A DNA stretch of 64,000 nucleotides, taken from positions 75,835 through 139,834 of IMG/VR virus record IMGVR_UViG_3300013114_000583. One strand, 5' to 3'. The notes below the pieces were generated by a model, which had not been told where the DNA came from, made no database searches, and saw nothing but the letters and a program-made list of their open reading frames with translations. A program made the translations under genes and the position numbers. Source of the stretch: a virus. This document shows positions 9,158 through 18,876 of this stretch, piece after piece; within the stretch, counting starts at the first letter, position 1; the number at the start of each line of letters is the position of its first letter.

Positions 9158-10247
9158 AATAGTTTGAAGCCTTTCCCTCTCTGTTGCTGAATTTTTTAAT
9201 TACGTCTTCATCCATTATTTCCAATACACGGGCCTCAAAAGTCGGATCCTCCAAATTCTCCAGCCAATTTTTTCTTTGAAATTTCTTTTCTGTTTTATCA
9301 TTAAAAACCAAAGTAAACCACGCGCCAGATTGCTTAAGACTGCTTGACATCTGTATGGCATCAAACCAACTTTCCCGGTCTTGAATGCCGATTTCGTCAT
9401 CACCCCACAAAATCTTAAAATTACAAGCTCTCCCTTGAGTTCCAAATCTAGACTTTTCAAGTTTAACTTTTACCTCAGACCCAACCCTGAACCCATTCTT
9501 GTCAACAACATAAGAAGCCTTTGCTTTTCGGCCGGTGAGCCATATTCTCAAGGAATAAGCATAGTGCATAGCTTTGCCACCCGGTGTTATCCAAGGTGTC
9601 ACCATGGCTTCGGAGGGCATTCTTGTTATATTTGTTTTCAGCTGGTTCAAAACCAAAAAAGTTGCTTGTTTTAAAGCTATGGGCTGAGTTATTTTACTCA
9701 TGCCTTTGGATAATATTCGTGGTTTCATGGCCATTGACGACTGGGGGTTGAAATCTCCCTCTAAATCAGAAATAGATGGCGTTAGCGCCAGAGAGTCCCA
9801 AATGAATAACCACTTATTGTCTGTTGCTAATAAGTTCTCTATAGTTTCTAAAACAAATTCTACATTTTGGGCTGGTATATATATCAACCTGTCTAAGTCG
9901 CACCCAGCTCTCTCCATAAATCCCGGGTCCATTGCAGATTCAGAGTCAAAATATACAACATCAATGCCCATCTTCTGGGCATTCGCTGCAATCTGTGTGG
10001 CCATGTATGACTTGCCAGTAGACTCAAGGCCTGCAATTTCTGTAATTTTACCAACAGGGATTCCCGCAAGGGATCCTTTGCAGATAATAGAATCCAACCA
10101 ATGAGACCCAGTTGGGATCCACTCTTTCACCTCTGTCGGGTTTTCCTCTTTAAGGCTGTGGGCTATTGTACGGCCCGCCCCCTTATTGAGGGCGGCGCGC
10201 ACTTGATTTAAGTCTAGAGTACCCTCTGATAAGGATTTTCTAGACAT
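9135..10247 (-). CDS. recA: RecA/UvsX recombinase
   Basis: 'IPTGSHWLD', 'GIPVGKITEIAGLESTGKS', 'FDSE', 'IWDSL', 'NQLK', 'TPGGKA'. Confidence 0.92.
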   Translation of the reverse strand: MSRKSLSEGTLDLNQVRAALNKGAGRTIAHSLKEENPTEVKEWIPTGSHWLDSIICKGSLAGIPVGKITEIAGLESTGKSYMATQIAANAQKMGIDVVYFDSESAMDPGFMERAGCDLDRLIYIPAQNVEFVLETIENLLATDNKWLFIWDSLALTPSISDLEGDFNPQSSMAMKPRILSKGMSKITQPIALKQATFLVLNQLKTNITRMPSEAMVTPWITPGGKAMHYAYSLRIWLTGRKAKASYVVDKNGFRVGSEVKVKLEKSRFGTQGRACNFKILWGDDEIGIQDRESWFDAIQMSSSLKQSGAWFTLVFNDKTEKKFQRKNWLENLEDPTFEARVLEIMDEDVIKKFSNREGKASNYYEEVNDN

Positions 10248-10248
10248 G

Positions 10249-10995
10249 TCAGCTTCCTAAAAGTTCGTCGAAGGCAGCTTCAACAGAATTCTCTGTTGTC
10301 GGAGCATTATTGTACTTGTCCGTCTCTATCTTTCCTTCTCCTTCGTTTAAGAAAGTTTCTAAAATTGAAGAAACTTCTTCCGTAGTTTTTCGTTCAAACA
10401 ATTGTTCAAAATCGGGAACACTCTCCAGCAATTCGGCACATTTATCATCACCGCCAATGGCGTCATCACAAAGAACAGATTTGCGAGGACGGGGACGAAT
10501 ATCTGTCGTAGGGTAAGATGCACCAGAGTTCTTCTCATATAGTACCTTAAGGTCGTTTCCCTCATCAGCGTCAGTGATATCCCCGTAATCCGGATCCAAA
10601 ACAATATTTAAGAGTTTTTGATATGCCATTTTTCCATATCCCCAGACTTTAACACCCTCCGCTTCATTCCCTCTAACCAAAATCGGAGAGAAAAATCTCT
10701 GCTTCGCAAACAAAGACTTGGCCATGCGCCGACTATCTTCCGACGAGTCGGACCATAGCTTATTTGCGAAATCGCAAACGGGACATGAGTCTCCAAAATT
10801 CCTCTTTGGGCACAAAAACCCAGATGTCCCCACGTTATAGTGAAAAAACTTTTCTTTAAAAGGATCCCCATCTGAGGTTGGAATTATTCTTACGTTGTTT
10901 TCCCCTTCTTCAGGTCTCCAAAAGTCCTTGTTCTTTCTGTCAGCACCGTTTAACCGATCCAACTTTTGTTTCATTTTATCTAAATTTAAAGCCAT
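10249..10995 (-). CDS. Single-stranded DNA-binding protein, T4 gp32-like
   Basis: 'FWRP..NVRIIP', Zn-ligand 'H..CPKRNFGDSCPVC', 'YGDITD', acidic C-terminal tail. Confidence 0.85.
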   Translation of the reverse strand: MALNLDKMKQKLDRLNGADRKNKDFWRPEEGENNVRIIPTSDGDPFKEKFFHYNVGTSGFLCPKRNFGDSCPVCDFANKLWSDSSEDSRRMAKSLFAKQRFFSPILVRGNEAEGVKVWGYGKMAYQKLLNIVLDPDYGDITDADEGNDLKVLYEKNSGASYPTTDIRPRPRKSVLCDDAIGGDDKCAELLESVPDFEQLFERKTTEEVSSILETFLNEGEGKIETDKYNNAPTTENSVEAAFDELLGS

Positions 10996-11047
10996 TTTAT
11001 TACCTCCTAGTATGTGTTTGTTGCTTTAACTACCAAATCGCAAATTT

Positions 11048-11899
11048 TCAATTTGGCGATTCAAATTCCAACTCCTGTATGAGAGTTGAACTCTTTAATA
11101 CAATACCAAAATTTGTGTCGCCTGTCAACTCATAAATTGCACATTCAACACTTTCGGCATCGATTGATCTTATATGTTTCTTGACTGAGCCAAATAAATC
11201 GTGGTCCTCATCAAGTACTTTTTTTACTACACCATAATAGTACATTATTTTTCGCGGCATGTCAAGATCAAAAAACATTTTTTCTTTTTTTGTAGCCACA
11301 TCAAAAATTCCAAAGGCACTGATTTTGGCAGTAGGGGCAATTTTAGAAATATTCGTATAAACTGGTGTTGTATTCTGGTAATAGTTCAACATATGGAAGG
11401 TGTAGGATATGGTATCATATATGTGTTCGTAATACTTAGTCATCGGAGCTGGGTCTGTGACTTTCTCTAAATCAACAATTGAAGTTAGATATATCCTTTC
11501 AATTTTGTTGCTTCTAGCATATTGCTGTAAAACGCCACGAACCATTCTTTCATGTATCCTTGCTTTGTAACTAAGCATAGAAGAATCAGGCTTTATATAC
11601 AGAATGCTTATTTGGGTTTTTTCTTCAAGCTCTTGTAATAATCTCAATATACAAGACGTTATCATATCTTGCCCAGATAAAACCAAAATAGTATCTTCCT
11701 CTAGTTTAGAAAAATACCTCTTTAAACTTCTATAGTTCTCCTCGTATCCCTCGGGATTTTCCTGTGTTTCCACTTTCCTTGTTTTGTACTTTCCGAATTT
11801 TTCAACATCTATTAAAAATAATTTATAAACATCAGAGTTTCTTTCATAGATGTTGGCAGAAATAACACACCCCGTATACCCAAGTCCAATTATATTCAT
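11048..11899 (-). CDS. Divergent tubulin/FtsZ-superfamily protein
   Basis: N-terminal 'MNIIGLGYTGCVIS' (FtsZ/PhuZ T1 loop), 'LFLID' strand, 'ILYIKP'; the GGGTGxG signature is replaced by 'LSGQDMITS'. Confidence 0.6.
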   Translation of the reverse strand: MNIIGLGYTGCVISANIYERNSDVYKLFLIDVEKFGKYKTRKVETQENPEGYEENYRSLKRYFSKLEEDTILVLSGQDMITSCILRLLQELEEKTQISILYIKPDSSMLSYKARIHERMVRGVLQQYARSNKIERIYLTSIVDLEKVTDPAPMTKYYEHIYDTISYTFHMLNYYQNTTPVYTNISKIAPTAKISAFGIFDVATKKEKMFFDLDMPRKIMYYYGVVKKVLDEDHDLFGSVKKHIRSIDAESVECAIYELTGDTNFGIVLKSSTLIQELEFESPN

Positions 11900-13086
11900 G
11901 ATACATCCTTTAAATTTAATAGATTTTTGCCCAAATGAAAACTACACAGAAATTTACCATACCTAGTCTCTTCCAGAGCTGTTTTGAATTCTTCCAGCAA
12001 ACAAGCATCCTCTTTTTTACAGTCCAAAACTATAGAGTCGTGAATTGTAAATGCTAATCGGCCTTTTAGTTGTGGAATTTTACCCAAAGCATTAACGAGA
12101 GATTCTACTATCAAGTCATTTGTGGTCGACTGAATTAAGTGGTTCAAAGCCTTAAAGCCAGTTGATGGGATATGTCGGCCAAAGTCAGTAACCACCTCGG
12201 TGCCATTCCAATACTTTTCTATTATCTTTTCCCTATCAAAAATCATATCTAATTTTTTGTCTACTTTGGAATTATCATATAACCAGGAAAAAAATCTAAT
12301 TTTAGATTCGTCGCGGCTGACGCGATTTTCAAATATATGTCTTTTGTTCCATTCGTGCAAATCTTGATCCGGCTGTTCTAATCCAGATAACGATAAAAAT
12401 GTTCTCATCTCAGCTGCGTTGAAATCATAAACAACAAACAAGTCATTATTTGGAAAGATGCCCCTTCTGAGAGTTTTATCAAGAGTCAAGATAGGAAAAG
12501 ACCCCGACTTTGTTGTGAAGCGCCCCGTCTTGGTGCCAAAAATGTCGTATTTTATCGTTTCATAGTCAGTAAGACGCTTAAACCTCCTAACCTTTGAAGA
12601 ATGCAAATTTTTGCCAACCCATGTTGTGTCAAAATTTAAATTATAGTCTTCTATCATAAGAGAAAGAAGATGAGCCCCTTTATAAGTCTCGTACAATTTT
12701 GGACATATGTTGTAATTTTCCCAAACATAGCTTGTTATTTGATTTAAAACATCTAAGTAATCACTTAATAAAAATTCCGGAAGCAAATCATAAAAACTTA
12801 CCTCATTTAAGTCCATATTTACTTTTTTACAAGACAATACGTGCGCTTTATATAAATTGTACGTTTCTTCCCACTTCTGGTTCTGTGTCTCCTTTATCAA
12901 AGATTCTATACTCCTTCCGGACGCCCGTAGCCAAGAAAACTCTACATAAGAAGATGGTTGAAAATCCTTCCAAGTTATATATCTTTGATTTGGTTCGTAG
13001 GTTACAAAGCCCTTCTTAGAAAAAAGGTTTTTTTCTCCCCCCATTAAGTCTTGGACTCTCTGGGCAACAATTGGTTCTTTCATCAC
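11896..13086 (-). CDS. Compact family-A DNA polymerase (palm/fingers only, no recognisable 3'-5' exonuclease)
   Basis: 'TKTGRF', motif A 'YDFNAAEMR', motif B 'RDESKIRFFSWLY' (R-x3-K-x3-F-x3-Y), 'ALNHLIQST', motif C 'TIHDSIV'. Confidence 0.82.
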   Translation of the reverse strand: MMKEPIVAQRVQDLMGGEKNLFSKKGFVTYEPNQRYITWKDFQPSSYVEFSWLRASGRSIESLIKETQNQKWEETYNLYKAHVLSCKKVNMDLNEVSFYDLLPEFLLSDYLDVLNQITSYVWENYNICPKLYETYKGAHLLSLMIEDYNLNFDTTWVGKNLHSSKVRRFKRLTDYETIKYDIFGTKTGRFTTKSGSFPILTLDKTLRRGIFPNNDLFVVYDFNAAEMRTFLSLSGLEQPDQDLHEWNKRHIFENRVSRDESKIRFFSWLYDNSKVDKKLDMIFDREKIIEKYWNGTEVVTDFGRHIPSTGFKALNHLIQSTTNDLIVESLVNALGKIPQLKGRLAFTIHDSIVLDCKKEDACLLEEFKTALEETRYGKFLCSFHLGKNLLNLKDVS

Positions 13087-13091
13087 TTCCT

Positions 13092-14522
13092 TTATATTAT
13101 AACGTCATGAATATGCGGAGGGGCCCCAGCGTAACCGTAAATAGTTTCACAATGAGGGTAACACGAGCTTTGGGCTTCTTGAACCACAAAATTAACAATT
13201 TTGTGCCTATGCTTTATCTTTGCGTGATCCGGGTGTGATACCATTAATGCCCAGCCGTTACCATATTTATCCACCTCATATATATGATCATGGGTGCTAT
13301 TAACTGTAGTGGAGCCTCGATGTGCAGGGACCGGCTTAATTTTCTTAAAAAATCTAGGATCGTGGTTCTTGGCATCGTCATTGATAAATTTTAATACAGC
13401 GAAAGGAGATCGGTTGGCCAACAAATAGCGTCCTTTCCTTGCATTGTCCTCAACCTTCATATGTAGTTTTACCTTTTGCTCTTCACTTATATTAAGTTCT
13501 GATATTCTTGTCATGTGAACATACTTTAGCCACTCTTCGCTGGATATTCCACTGCTGGCCCGAGTGACCAACGACTCTCTAGCTTGGGTTACGGTCCTCA
13601 TTCTACCATTAGGCAATTCAATCGAATGCACAATCCGCGGATGGAGCCTCCAAAATAAGTTATAAGAGTTCATAATAAATCTCAAGACAGAATTCAAATC
13701 CTCTTTGTATGCTTCATAATAATATCTATTCAAAATGTTGAAACCTGACCCAATGGTGGCGGCGTCCCCGGAAACTTCTATTTCATTCATCTTAGCAGAT
13801 TTTACATCAACAATCAAGCGCCATGGGTTATTTTTATCGATAAAAAAACCCTTTTGGGCCGCAATGGTCTGCAATGCTTGAAAATCGCAATCCTCGAAAA
13901 AAGCCTCTTTTTTAAAATCTTCAGAGTTTTTAGAGTACTCAAGATTCACGATTAAGCCACTTACTTGTGGGGTCACATTAGGAAGTAATATAAAATTTGT
14001 TTTAGTGATCGGAAATTTCGTACCAAAATAATTTACAAACTTTTTATAATATTTAATCACATCTTTCAAATTCTTGATACACTTAGAATATTGCTTTAAA
14101 TAAACATTCACAAAATAATTGGTTAAATTTGCAAGATGATCTTCGTACAGCTCGTCAGAAGAAACATAGCTGCTGACAACTTGAAACTCTTCATACCCGG
14201 GCAATGGATTTATGGAACCACCCGAGTTGGCCAAAAGAAACCCATAATCTTGTTTTAATTCTTGCAAAGGCCTAGTAATGTAATACATGCATGGGACCAC
14301 ATTTTTATTATCTGGGATTGTCCGTAGTGTGCGAGACTGATTAACCATCGGATATATGGTGTCTAAATTGTCATTCACCTTGCCATATAGAGAGTCCTCG
14401 TACCAAAAGTCTAACATTCTTAAAGAGTCTTCAGGCACCGCATACCTCTTGTATGAATTACGACAATGGAACAGGTACTTCGAGGAAAGGTTATTTGTGG
14501 CTAAAAATTTAAATTCATGCAT
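13092..14522 (-). CDS. Hypothetical protein with a His/Cys-rich C-terminal putative metal-binding domain
   Basis: 476-aa ORF; the C-terminus carries HDH, HPDH, HRH, CYPHC and HIH motifs. Confidence 0.65.
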   Translation of the reverse strand: MHEFKFLATNNLSSKYLFHCRNSYKRYAVPEDSLRMLDFWYEDSLYGKVNDNLDTIYPMVNQSRTLRTIPDNKNVVPCMYYITRPLQELKQDYGFLLANSGGSINPLPGYEEFQVVSSYVSSDELYEDHLANLTNYFVNVYLKQYSKCIKNLKDVIKYYKKFVNYFGTKFPITKTNFILLPNVTPQVSGLIVNLEYSKNSEDFKKEAFFEDCDFQALQTIAAQKGFFIDKNNPWRLIVDVKSAKMNEIEVSGDAATIGSGFNILNRYYYEAYKEDLNSVLRFIMNSYNLFWRLHPRIVHSIELPNGRMRTVTQARESLVTRASSGISSEEWLKYVHMTRISELNISEEQKVKLHMKVEDNARKGRYLLANRSPFAVLKFINDDAKNHDPRFFKKIKPVPAHRGSTTVNSTHDHIYEVDKYGNGWALMVSHPDHAKIKHRHKIVNFVVQEAQSSCYPHCETIYGYAGAPPHIHDVII

Positions 14523-14528
14523 AATTCT

Positions 14529-17500
14529 CTATCCTCGGCGGCCAATGCTTTCCGTTCCTTCGAAAAACTTAAAAACCACCCACCGGCCGGTGGGTGACTT
14601 AACGCACTCGTAAACATAACTAGTTGGCCTTGAGGTTGAGCCGCGGCCAGTTTGATTCTCAGTTCTAGTTTCCCCCTCAATCCAGGTATCATGTCGTATA
14701 TCCTCCGAACTATAAACTAAATTAAAATAAATGCGTGCGCGGCATTGAATCTGTTCGCTCTTTGGCAAAACATGTGGTTCATCATAATATTTCAAAGCAA
14801 CCCGTGGATTTATTTCTTCATCCAAATAAGAAGAAGCTTTACCATTGAAAGACCTCCTAGAGCCTTCTATAAGTGAATTGTAGTCTCTTATAATTACCGG
14901 ACCATAATCAGGTTCTTCATTCAAATGTCTCAAGATCTCATTCGCAAATGCTGCGGCACCGTTGGGGGAACCCCTCCCATCATCCAAGTGAGAAGGATAA
15001 TCAGACACATCACCGTCGGCTAAATCTTCCATAAATTCATCGGAAGGAGTGCTCGGACCAAAAGCGATTTCATTCGTCGTACTAGTAGTTACTGAGGGGG
15101 ATCCGCTAAACATACCACTGCTTTCACCTAGGATAGAGTCCGCAATGGTTAAAGCCTCGTTTACCATGTGGCCTTCGCCACCTTCGCCACCAAGCGGTTT
15201 TTCATAATATCCCTTCTCGCCTTCGCCTTTCTCATCCGGATTGTCTCCTGGTTTTGGTTTGTCTTCATTCTTCTTAGACCCGTCTGGGTTTTCTGACGTT
15301 GGTGTTACCTTGGATACTGGCGGGTCGGCTGGATAAGTGATAGGGTTGTAGTCAGCAAAAACAGTCGTTGAAAATTCATTATTTTCTGTTATATTGTGAG
15401 TAACTCTTTGTACATAATAATAACCAGTAAGACCCAATTTTTGTCCATATGAACCCTTTGAGCGCGAATCACCAAGGGAAGCTATGCTGGGATTTATGTG
15501 AATATCTTGACCTGCTGACATGAACGGAAACCCATGAAGAGACATTTGCACACTATATCTGGCCTGCATGTAAGAGGCTACGGCTCCACCATCCCTCATC
15601 ATATTGGCCGTTTGGACCTCTTTTAACTGAATTTTGCTAAATTGCATCTGTTTCACCAGCCCCCTATCCTTGCCCAAAGAAAACCAAAATGTTCCGTTCT
15701 GCTCGTCCTGTTCTTTATCACCCGACTTGTTGTCAACTGGCAAATAACTGGCATATATTACCGGATAAGTGAATAACTTGTCGTGGCCTTTTTTTCCCAT
15801 ACGAGGGGCTGTCATGCGCCTTGTGGAAAATTTTCCTTGCATTTGTTTGATGTTTATTACATTAGGGCCCTTTGCGACGGAAGCAAATTTATCTTGGCCG
15901 GTACTATCATTATGTGTAATCATGGTCATATTCACAGACTTGTTTAGTTCCCCAAGAGCATCACCAATAATATCAGCGGCGCCTAAGCACTCTCCCCCAA
16001 GCGCAATGGGGATTAAATGATTCACCAAGCCTTGTTCCGAGTGTACTAGAAAATCCTTTAAAGTAACTCTAGACTTGTTTGCTTTAATAATCATCTCATT
16101 TAAAAATCTATAAAATTGCGATAAAGCAACCGGGATTTGACCTAAATTTAATGACACTTTCTGGCCCGACAACCTATCAATAAAAATCACTGGACCAATT
16201 AAAAACCGATATTTAAATATACTTGGTGGCAACTTTGATGGATCCGACTGAACAAGACTAACAGCAGCGGCAATAATGTCTCCCAAAAACAAAAACGGTA
16301 TCTCCTTAGCAGTCGAAGGCATGGATGGTTTCTTCGGGACTTTTTTGTCGGAATCGCCGGCTTTGGACTCAGATTTGGCGCGCTCATTCGCATACCCAGC
16401 TACAGTCGTAGATCCCTCGTCTACTACTTGGTGACCTATTGCATCAAGAACCTGTTCAGTACCCAAACCGCCAGTGTTGCCTCCTTTCTTCCACTGTTTC
16501 CAAAGATTCACATTTTTAAGTGTCAGGAAGTGCAATTTTGGTTCGAGAAGCGAGTAGAGAGCGACAATGTCTGAGCGCGCTACATTTCTTGCAGCCTCTG
16601 TAGCGTCACTGGATCTGGAGCCTCCTTTCTTCTCTTCAGTAGGAGAGTCTGATGGGGCGGGCGGTTTTGCTTTTTGTGAATTTGCAGAAACCACTCCCGG
16701 TATTGCACCGGGAGAAGAAACAACCTCTGATGGAACTGGCCGAAATAAGTCGGCCATAAAAGAGTCCATCATTCTTTCAAGAGATACATTATATTCAATA
16801 TCTAATTCTATTGTACCATCTTGCTTAAAAGACATTGTGTGATCCGTGAGTCCCATCTTGTAAACCATCTCACAATGTTTAAGAGCCTCCATGATTGGTT
16901 TTCGAATTAACTTTACTTTATCTTTCGGAACAGACCATCCAAAAACACCTTGTAATTCAAAATATGTCGGATCGTCTATTTGAGATGTGTGATCAGATTG
17001 ACCAGACGAAGGTTTTTCTACTTTTGTTTTCTTTGGGTTTATCGCGAGGTCGGCCGCGATGGCGGCATACTCGTCATAAGCAAGAAGTGTATAATACGGC
17101 GCCGAATCTTCAGGGTGGCCATTCAAGAACGCGTCAATACTGTCTGCAAAAATTTTCATCCTTATTTGATATAAGTTAAGGGTATCTTTCGTATTTCCTA
17201 TCTGAGTTATGTTGACCGACCTAATGCCGACTTCTCCAAGTCTTCCCTGGCCTGCGGCAAAAATACGACTTAAGTCCTCTTTATGTATATGGTCTTTAAA
17301 AAGGATAGGCTTCACTTCTGGTGCCTGAGATGCCTTCTTTTTATTGTATTCGTATTTCATTCTATATAACTGAATCCGCGGGACCAACAATGATAATTCG
17401 GCGGGAGATATGTCCATCAATTCCTTGATCATAGGGCCGTTTTCGCCCCACATCGAAGATACAACGCTATGAGTCGTACCGTTAACGTAAGTTACTGTGG

Positions 17501-17600
17501 CTCCTTTTATTTGATTTTTAAAATCAAACAACGGAGCAAGACGAGTTATAAGAGAAGACAATATACACTGGTCTTCATTATCTTTAGAAGTTATACTCAT
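14529..17600 (-). CDS. Putative baseplate hub (gp27/gp44-like) with acidic extension
   Basis: Follows the LysM baseplate gene; hub-type C-terminal pattern 'YSVQMSLHGFPFMSAGQDIHI..LTGYYYVQRVTHNIT..FSTTV'. Confidence 0.6.
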   Translation of the reverse strand: MSITSKDNEDQCILSSLITRLAPLFDFKNQIKGATVTYVNGTTHSVVSSMWGENGPMIKELMDISPAELSLLVPRIQLYRMKYEYNKKKASQAPEVKPILFKDHIHKEDLSRIFAAGQGRLGEVGIRSVNITQIGNTKDTLNLYQIRMKIFADSIDAFLNGHPEDSAPYYTLLAYDEYAAIAADLAINPKKTKVEKPSSGQSDHTSQIDDPTYFELQGVFGWSVPKDKVKLIRKPIMEALKHCEMVYKMGLTDHTMSFKQDGTIELDIEYNVSLERMMDSFMADLFRPVPSEVVSSPGAIPGVVSANSQKAKPPAPSDSPTEEKKGGSRSSDATEAARNVARSDIVALYSLLEPKLHFLTLKNVNLWKQWKKGGNTGGLGTEQVLDAIGHQVVDEGSTTVAGYANERAKSESKAGDSDKKVPKKPSMPSTAKEIPFLFLGDIIAAAVSLVQSDPSKLPPSIFKYRFLIGPVIFIDRLSGQKVSLNLGQIPVALSQFYRFLNEMIIKANKSRVTLKDFLVHSEQGLVNHLIPIALGGECLGAADIIGDALGELNKSVNMTMITHNDSTGQDKFASVAKGPNVINIKQMQGKFSTRRMTAPRMGKKGHDKLFTYPVIYASYLPVDNKSGDKEQDEQNGTFWFSLGKDRGLVKQMQFSKIQLKEVQTANMMRDGGAVASYMQARYSVQMSLHGFPFMSAGQDIHINPSIASLGDSRSKGSYGQKLGLTGYYYVQRVTHNITENNEFSTTVFADYNPITYPADPPVSKVTPTSENPDGSKKNEDKPKPGDNPDEKGEGEKGYYEKPLGGEGGEGHMVNEALTIADSILGESSGMFSGSPSVTTSTTNEIAFGPSTPSDEFMEDLADGDVSDYPSHLDDGRGSPNGAAAFANEILRHLNEEPDYGPVIIRDYNSLIEGSRRSFNGKASSYLDEEINPRVALKYYDEPHVLPKSEQIQCRARIYFNLVYSSEDIRHDTWIEGETRTENQTGRGSTSRPTSYVYECVKSPTGRWVVFKFFEGTESIGRRG

Positions 17601-17603
17601 TTA

Positions 17604-17948
17604 TTACCTCGTGTTATAATAGTAAAGCGCATCTTCGAGAGGAATAGGTATAAATACCGGGTCGCCAAGCTCAAGATGCGCATCAGTTGGTTTTTGGTTA
17701 AACCAGGCAATGAGCCACCACAAAGTATTATCATTGTAGTATGTATGGGCAAGCTTGTGAAGTCTATCTCCCAACTTCCAAATATGAGAAAGAGTCTTTA
17801 TTTTTGTATAGTCCTCTTGAGATAAATTTTTAATTTGCGGCGTTTGGTAATGGAATATAGCTTTCCTGTTTTTAGACCTTAATACATATTTATACTTTTC
17901 TTCTTCGTTGGAAAAAATCTTTGTGCCATCATATCTAGAAATTGACAT
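17604..17948 (-). CDS. LysM-domain baseplate protein (gp53/tail X-like)
   Basis: 'HIWKLGDRLHKLAHTYYNDNTLWWLIAWFNQ..GDPVFIP'. The likely start is ATG 17948 after GGAGGAGG (ORF track start 18023). Confidence 0.8.
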   Translation of the reverse strand: MSISRYDGTKIFSNEEEKYKYVLRSKNRKAIFHYQTPQIKNLSQEDYTKIKTLSHIWKLGDRLHKLAHTYYNDNTLWWLIAWFNQKPTDAHLELGDPVFIPIPLEDALYYYNTR

Positions 17949-17949
17949 A

Positions 17950-18876
17950 TTATTCCTCCTCCTCCTCTCCCTCGTCCTTCCAGCCTCTATTAACCGCGGA
18001 CGAATACCTATTAGTGTCGCCAATGTTTATATCTTCCACCTGGCCAGTGATGGCGGCGATACGGGCCTGTCGAATACCAGCAACAATTTTCGAATTTTGC
18101 AAATTTGGAACACCGGGGATTCGCTGTGCCAAGCCTCCGACACCATATGGCCATCGACCTGGACCTCTCCACTCGGACTTGCCACCTTCGGAACCAAATT
18201 GTATGGTGATTTCATTAGTCATTTCAGAATCCTGCCACCCCAGCGGCTTTGTGTGCAAGACTGTAAAATTGCACTTCATAGGGACATATCTCGGAAAAAT
18301 CGTGCCATGGCCCATGAACACTCCGTTTTTCAGATCTGGCTTATAAGAAAATCCGTCGACTGCGGCGAGAAGGCCGGTGGCTCCGATAAGCTTATTCAAC
18401 ACAGGGCGAACTACTTCCTTCTCCACTTCCTTGCCATCCACAAATGATTTTTCTTTCTGCCCCATAAAAAAACCATTTCCCGCTTCATCCTCGTCGTCTG
18501 TAAAATCAACATCAACGGCCATATTGGCAAACCTTACCTTAATTAAAGGGGAGGCCTCGATGGTTGGTGCCAACTCTGAACTATAATGAGGATAAAGCAT
18601 GGACATGAGAACTTCTATTTTTGCAAGATTAGCTATTGATTCCCCAAGGTCATTTGCTAAAATCCCCCAAGCCAAAGACATCTTCCTCTCTGTGTTCTTG
18701 TACGTCATGATCGGGTCAGATCGACCATAAACAGTTGTTGATGTCCAGTTTGCTTTATAATCATCCGAAAAATCTTCCAAGTAACCATCAAAAAGAACAA
18801 ACTTTCCGCTGGGCACATGCGTGAATTCTATAGCAAAGTTTCGCTGTATTGTTAATCCATGATCGACTTTCTTCAT
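17950..18876 (-). CDS. Tail-tube initiator/baseplate protein (gp48/gp54-like)
   Basis: 'FDGYLEDFSDDYKANW..VYGRSDPIMTYKNTERKMSLAW..PLIKVRF'; lies between tape measure and LysM genes. Confidence 0.7.
   Translation of the reverse strand: MKKVDHGLTIQRNFAIEFTHVPSGKFVLFDGYLEDFSDDYKANWTSTTVYGRSDPIMTYKNTERKMSLAWGILANDLGESIANLAKIEVLMSMLYPHYSSELAPTIEASPLIKVRFANMAVDVDFTDDEDEAGNGFFMGQKEKSFVDGKEVEKEVVRPVLNKLIGATGLLAAVDGFSYKPDLKNGVFMGHGTIFPRYVPMKCNFTVLHTKPLGWQDSEMTNEITIQFGSEGGKSEWRGPGRWPYGVGGLAQRIPGVPNLQNSKIVAGIRQARIAAITGQVEDINIGDTNRYSSAVNRGWKDEGEEEEE

Noticed and set aside
11048-11899. Evidence for a nucleus-forming (chimallin/PhuZ) phage
   Set aside because: The gene set is T4-like, no shell protein or multisubunit RNA polymerase is recognisable here, and the tubulin signature is degenerate.
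17949-17975. Poly-Glu C-terminus of the 308-aa protein as a functional motif
   Set aside because: It is explained by the GGAGGAGGAGGA Shine-Dalgarno of the next (LysM) gene.
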